The position numbers and the translations under genes were made by a program. The notes beneath the pieces are model-generated. The model made no database searches. It was not told where the DNA came from and worked only from the letters and a program-made list of their open reading frames with translations. From a virus (Duplodnaviria; Heunggongvirae; Uroviricota; Caudoviricetes): a stretch of DNA of 24,423 nucleotides. Shown here piece after piece: positions 20,437 to 24,423 of the stretch. The DNA is taken from positions 1 to 24,423 of the IMG/VR virus record IMGVR_UViG_2681813316_000024; one strand, 5' to 3'. Position 1 is the first letter of the stretch. The number at the start of each line of letters is the position of its first letter.

Positions 20437-20465
20437 AAAAAGGCCGCAATGCGGCCATCTTTTAC
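20437..20465. terminator. Bidirectional intrinsic terminator shared by the convergent tailspike and SGNH genes
   Basis: GGCCGC-AAT-GCGGCC (20442-20456) is flanked by A5 on the left and ATCTTTT on the right. It lies between the tailspike stop (20434-20436) and the stop of the minus-strand gene (20462-20464). Confidence 0.8.
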
Positions 20466-21157
20466 TTCACATGTTTATTAATCTCTCTCATCCAAACGGC
20501 ATAGCCATTTTTATTTAAATGCACTCCATCATCAAAGTACAATTCAGATTTTTTATCAGATAAAAAATCTGCAGGAACTTCTATTATATTGCAGTTAACT
20601 ATGCGACTACATGTTCTATCAATAATAGAGTTAATCATGCTTATTCTTGAATTGACATGGTCTACGTCTTTTCTTGCCCCGCTTATGATTGGCAAAACTT
20701 TTAATGCATAAATATTATCAACCTTTGATACACTCTTAAGCAGTTTGTCATAATCATCAAATATTTCCTCTTCGGTTTTCGCACCCATCGCATCGTTAAC
20801 TCCACCTTCAATTATCGCAGCTTTATATCCAGACGCCCCATAATTTTCTGATAGAGTTAGGATCTGATGTATAGAGTATCCTCCGACCCCCATATTAACA
20901 TATTTAAAGTTTAACCCATATGGTGACATTCCTTGTATGAGCGAGTCGCCATAAACCACAATGTCGCCGTCAGCTTGATTAGCATTCATTTTTTTAAAAT
21001 CTAGCATCACAGCCTGAAAGTCGTTAACTTTTTTTTGAGATAAATAATTTCTAATTGAACGAACAGACAATACTATAATAACTATTGCAATCAGAATAAA
21101 CAGCATTGCCAAATATTTATTTGCTTGAGACTTTCTATTTGTTTGTTTTGACTTCAT
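20462..21157 (-). CDS. Membrane-anchored SGNH/GDSL hydrolase-fold protein (231 aa), standalone
   Basis: SD AAGGA lies 7-8 nt upstream of the ATG. It has a single N-terminal TM helix (YLAMLFILIAIVIIVLSV). SGNH blocks are I: VVYGDSLIQG, II: NMGVGGYS, III: EGGVNDA, V: DDGVHLN. The gene is AT-rich. The layout resembles the TM-linker-SGNH C-terminal half of OafA/OafB-type O-antigen acetyltransferases. Confidence 0.8.
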   Translation of the reverse strand: MKSKQTNRKSQANKYLAMLFILIAIVIIVLSVRSIRNYLSQKKVNDFQAVMLDFKKMNANQADGDIVVYGDSLIQGMSPYGLNFKYVNMGVGGYSIHQILTLSENYGASGYKAAIIEGGVNDAMGAKTEEEIFDDYDKLLKSVSKVDNIYALKVLPIISGARKDVDHVNSRISMINSIIDRTCSRIVNCNIIEVPADFLSDKKSELYFDDGVHLNKNGYAVWMREINKHVK

Positions 21158-21241
21158 TGCATTTTCCTTTTAATAAGGTTTAAGGTTAAAAATATATTTA
21201 CGCTTCAAATCAACGAATTGAGAAAATTATTCAGCCAACCA

Positions 21242-21520
21242 CTAACTAGACTTGCAATCTAATCTTATATATGATCTGAGTAAGAGTGTAAAAATCCGCT
21301 TAATCCTTCTTAAGTAAAAATCGGAAAAAGAAAATTTACCGCTATTTAAATTTTTAAAAATAATACTTGAAATTAAAAGGCTAGATATTATGAAAAATAA
21401 ATCAAACCCATTGAACTCTCCAGAAAATGCGCTTGGGAAAGCGTGAAACATCACAACAGCGACTGCTCTTAAACCATCTATACCAGCTCTATACTTTATC
21501 ATTTTTATTGTCCAATTCAT
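21242..21520 (-). pseudogene. Remnant of the N-terminus of an AT3 (acyltransferase_3) gene
   Basis: The 92-aa ORF contains MIKYRAGIDGLRAVAVVMFHAF...DLFFIIS...FYLRRIKRIF. These are the first three AT3 signatures (R/H of TM1, FF..S, RR..R). It then stops after about 90 aa, where an intact AT3 domain needs about 330-370 aa. It has no SD, and the SG(F/Y)LI motif is degenerate (SSLLIS). Confidence 0.55.
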
Positions 21521-21805
21521 CTACAGTGAAAGAGCAAAGAAAAACAATGCAATATATCTCATGTGACTACCCCTAAAATAAATTTAATGATAATAACATC
21601 ATGAGGATAAATTTAGAAGTGGGAAGATCGGAAATGCTCATTGAGCAGCAGAAAAAATATCACTGACTCTGTATACACATACAGTATTTTTTGTCTGTTA
21701 TTGATCATTGGATACTTGAGCCTAGCGTAAAAGTAATATGAATGATACAGTATGCTTATATAATTGATTTTTGCTCTCGGTGTAAGTTCGGATTGTATTA
21801 TATAA

Positions 21806-21837
21806 CCAGAAAATATCCCCAGAACTAAGCTGGGGAT
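21806..21837 (-). terminator. Intrinsic terminator after the AT3 acyltransferase gene
   Basis: On the minus strand, ATCCCCAG-CTTAGTT-CTGGGGAT (8-bp perfect stem, 21815-21837) is followed by ATTTTCT. It starts 13 nt after the stop codon at 21850. Confidence 0.6.
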
Positions 21838-21849
21838 TCATGTCATATG

Positions 21850-22890
21850 TCAGCTTGCTAGTGCGATCTTCCTAAGCCTGTGACCTATATTTATAGATGG
21901 TTTTTCAATTACCTTATAAGAAATAGTTGCTAGTGCGATCGTAGCTAATAGGTATAAAACAAAAATAATAAAATTAAAATCTGTGTCCATGTCTATACTG
22001 ACAGATACAATCTCTAAAAAGAATGGGTGAATCAAGTATACAGAGTAACTTATCGATCCCAGGAAAACCAATAATCCTACATTCAATTTTACCCGTGTAG
22101 TGAGCAATAGCGTCAATACTATGCCTGTAAGATAGCTAGCAATATAGGAGGAAGCATTTTCCCCATGCCCATAGTCTTTATTGTAGGACATTAAGCAAAT
22201 CGGAGCAATCGCCACTAGGAATGTTATTAAAAATACAATGCACATATTTCTTTCTGATCTCGATGCAATCCCAATGCTCACTGAACGCCATAAGCTACCA
22301 AAGAACATTAATGACATAGCTAGCGGTATTGCCACAGGAACTTTTTTATCAAGAACGAATCTCACGTATGAGAAAGCAAGAGCGGTTGCAATAAGTCCTA
22401 TAGAAATTAAAAATAAAGAAACCTTACTCTTTAATAAATTTACTTTGAAAAGAAACGCACAGGAAGCATAGAAGAACAACTCAATTATTAGCGTCCAATA
22501 AACACCAAACATATCTGGAGATCTCAGTAAAGATTGAAGCATGGTAATATTAGACAACAGAGTTCTTATATCAAGTGGTCTATGAGTTACAAACAAAAAA
22601 GTAAAGGCCGCCAGAAATACTGAAAACCAGTAAGCGGGATATAGTCTAAAAAACCTTGATATAATGAACCCGGATATCGCTCTTTTCCCTTCCTTTAGGC
22701 TGTAAGGTATTACCATGCCACTTAACACAAAGAAGCAAACAACACCAACCTGACCAAAGTTAACATGCTTAAATAAAAAACTGTTATGCAATGGTGTTCG
22801 CTCTATGAAATGTGCACATGCAACCATCAGGGCTGCAAGTCCACGCAAAGAGTCTAGGAATTCTAGACGATTTCCATTTCTTATAGACAT
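21850..22890 (-). CDS. Integral-membrane acyltransferase, AT3 family (Oac-like O-antigen/polysaccharide O-acetyltransferase)
   Basis: 346 aa, polytopic and hydrophobic. AT3 signatures are RLEFLDSLRGLAALMVACAHF (R...H), VVCFFVLSG, SRFFRLYPAYW, YWTLIIELFFY and SISYSVYLIHPF. Its size and position (between tailspike and int) match Sf6 oac. About 30% G+C by eye. Confidence 0.85.
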   Translation of the reverse strand: MSIRNGNRLEFLDSLRGLAALMVACAHFIERTPLHNSFLFKHVNFGQVGVVCFFVLSGMVIPYSLKEGKRAISGFIISRFFRLYPAYWFSVFLAAFTFLFVTHRPLDIRTLLSNITMLQSLLRSPDMFGVYWTLIIELFFYASCAFLFKVNLLKSKVSLFLISIGLIATALAFSYVRFVLDKKVPVAIPLAMSLMFFGSLWRSVSIGIASRSERNMCIVFLITFLVAIAPICLMSYNKDYGHGENASSYIASYLTGIVLTLLLTTRVKLNVGLLVFLGSISYSVYLIHPFFLEIVSVSIDMDTDFNFIIFVLYLLATIALATISYKVIEKPSINIGHRLRKIALAS

Positions 22891-22925
22891 TAAAGATACC
22901 TAAGTTAAGTGTAGTAATAGGATTA

Positions 22926-22953
22926 ATTTTAACAGCATGATTCTGTTGATCAA
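22926..22953 (-). promoter_or_regulatory. Candidate sigma70 promoter for the AT3 gene
   Basis: On the minus strand, TTGATC (22953-22948), a 16-nt spacer and TAAAAT (22931-22926) lie about 35 nt upstream of ATG 22890. This is prediction from sequence only. Confidence 0.35.
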
Positions 22954-23204
22954 TGGATAAGCAGCGTGTTTTGAAGTTGATCTGATTTTTACTATGATTA
23001 TATTGTGTTCTCGCACAGTATTTTATCGTAAGTGCACTATGGGCTTCTATCTCCAGCAGCAGAACTAGTTGAAGATAGTGTGTCAATCGACAAGAGCCTT
23101 ATTGCTCCAATCTCAGTCACGTACATGATGATATCCGTCAGGTCATTATCAACGAAGAGTGTTATGGTTAGTTTGATTATTGTGCGGTGATGTGAGAAAA
23201 ACTT

Positions 23205-23235
23205 AGAAAAACAAAGTCTTGCACTGGATTGCAAG
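23205..23235 (-). terminator. Possible intrinsic terminator downstream of int
   Basis: On the minus strand, CTTGCA-ATCCAG-TGCAAG (23235-23218) is followed by ACTTTGTTTTTCT. It begins about 30 nt after the int stop codon (23268). Confidence 0.45.
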
Positions 23236-23267
23236 GCTTTGCGCTATTCGATTGTGGTTGAGGCTGA

Positions 23268-24423
23268 TCACTTCACCTTTTCATCAAGCCAATCCGCCCA
23301 CCACTGCATCATTTCTCTGCGCTTATCGAGATACTGAGCGTGGTTGTAAATCCCGCGCACAGATCCGCCGTTGGCATGTGCCAGTTGCACTTCAATAGCG
23401 TCAGCAGGCCATTCGTGCTCGTTCATAATCGTGCTGAATTCATGCCTGAATCCGTGACCGCTTTCCAGACCTTCATAGCCGATTTGTTTGATCACAAGCA
23501 GTACAGCGTTCTGGCAAATTGGCTTCTTCTTATCGTTGCGCCCGGCAAAAACAAACTCTGACACTGGTTTAGTGATTGAGCTTAGCGTAGTGAGAAGTTC
23601 AATCACCTGGTCTGACATAGGAACCACATGAATTTTTCGACCCTTCATCACACTGGCGTCGATGGTGATAATCCTGTTTTCAAAATCGACGTTCTTCCAT
23701 AGCATGGAGCGAAGCTCTTTCGTTCTTAGGGCTGTGTAGCGCAAAACTTTAGTCGCAATGAGCGATACGATGCTCCCTGAAAATGTTGCCAGTGCTTTGT
23801 TGAATGCAGGGATCTGGTCTGCAGGAAGAAACGGGAAGTTCTTCTTGCGGTATCCCTTCATGGCGTCAGCAAGGTCAGGTGCCGGGTTATATTTAGCCCT
23901 ACCAGTGACAATAGCGTAACGGAAAACCTCGCCGCATCTTCTGCGGGCTTTATTTGCTCGCTCCATTGCACCGCGATCTTCAAATCTGCGGATTACTTCC
24001 AGTAGTTGCATCGGCTCAATATCCTGAATTTCAAGACCGCCGATGATGGGTAAAATGTCGTCATCAAACATTTTTGCAAGTTCATTTGCATAGCCCTGAC
24101 CAGACTTGCTTCTTGTGCTCGTACCATTCCTTGTAAATGGCGCTAAAGGAATTGTTGTTAGACGAAGCCTTTTTCGCCTTTACCGGATCGATGCCAACCG
24201 AGATGTCTTTCCTCGCAGTCCATGCTTTATCCCTTGCCTCTTGCAAAGTCATAAGCGGATATTTTCCGACGGTCAGGATTTTCTCCTTACCGTCAATCTT
24301 GTAGCGAAGCTGCCATACCTTTTTCCCTGACACAGGGACATAAAGGTACAGGCCATTACCATCGAGTAGGCGGTATGGTTTTTCTTTCGGCTTTGCTGCT
24401 TCAATCTGCTTAACGGTGAGCAT
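23268..24423 (-). pseudogene. int: Tyrosine integrase, P4 / IntS / Sf6 (argW-type) family, interrupted by a frameshift; start codon at the window edge
   Basis: Two adjacent ORFs (24423-24082 and 24071-23268) together give about 385 aa. The N-terminal DUF4102-type arm domain is MLTVKQIEAAKPKEKPYRLLDGNGLYLYV...KVWQLRYK. The catalytic residues sit in ...YTALRTKELRS..., ...HGFRHEFST... and ...HANGGSVRGIYNHAQY. The sequence looks nearly identical to E. coli K-12 IntS (CPS-53) as I remember it. The frames switch at the GGG run (plus-strand CCC, 24094-24096). Confidence 0.85.

Noticed and set aside
22784-23234. Minus-strand ORFs of 100 aa and 65 aa upstream of the AT3 gene
   Set aside because: These are AT-rich intergenic sequence. 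The first overlaps the AT3 coding start in another frame. Neither has an RBS or a recognisable motif, so they are probably chance ORFs in low-GC DNA.
22891-23267. attP core or tRNA fragment between the AT3 gene and int
   Set aside because: No match to a tRNA 3' end on either strand. TTCGATT at about 23247 is not flanked by complementary T-stem arms. The hairpin at 23218-23235 has a 6-nt loop and is better explained as the int terminator.
1-24423. CRISPR arrays, IS elements or transposase genes, toxin-antitoxin pairs, reverse transcriptase (retron or DGR), restriction-modification genes
   Set aside because: No spaced direct-repeat arrays, terminal inverted repeats with a transposase ORF, or motifs of these families were seen in any of the listed ORFs or intergenic regions.

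Overview
This window is the late half of a mosaic lambdoid temperate phage or prophage from an E. coli/Shigella-type host. No rRNA, tRNA, CRISPR array or IS element was seen. Most of it is ordinary and recognisable.

Gene order, left to right:
- The 3' part of a lambda-type Q antiterminator, then pR'/qut and a short terminated leader.
- A foreign insert carrying one unknown ORF with its own terminator.
- Lambda-type S holin and R endolysin, followed by a non-lambda Rz/Rz1 spanin pair.
- Two small accessory ORFs.
- A complete P22-type morphogenesis block: gp3, gp2, gp1, gp8, gp5, a small ORF, gp4, gp10, gp26, a gp14-position gene, gp7, gp20 and gp16.

The non-routine part is the right end (about 18.2-24.4 kb).
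- The tailspike keeps the P22 head-binding domain, but its receptor module carries all four SGNH/GDSL esterase blocks. It is therefore a candidate O-antigen or capsule deacetylase rather than a glycanase.
- It converges on a visibly AT-rich minus-strand island and shares a bidirectional terminator with it.
- The island encodes an intact AT3 (Oac-like) acyltransferase, a decayed N-terminal AT3 remnant and a standalone membrane-anchored SGNH protein.
- An IntS/Sf6-type (P4-family) tyrosine integrase follows. It is split by a frameshift, and its start codon coincides with the window end.

The best candidate for something new is the adjacency of an acetyl-removing tailspike and an acetyl-adding or remodelling conversion module. 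Secondary candidates are the Q-to-S insert ORF and a 47-codon membrane mini-ORF coupled to Rz. All family assignments come from motifs and remembered reference sequences (lambda, P22, Sf6, K-12 IntS), not from database searches.
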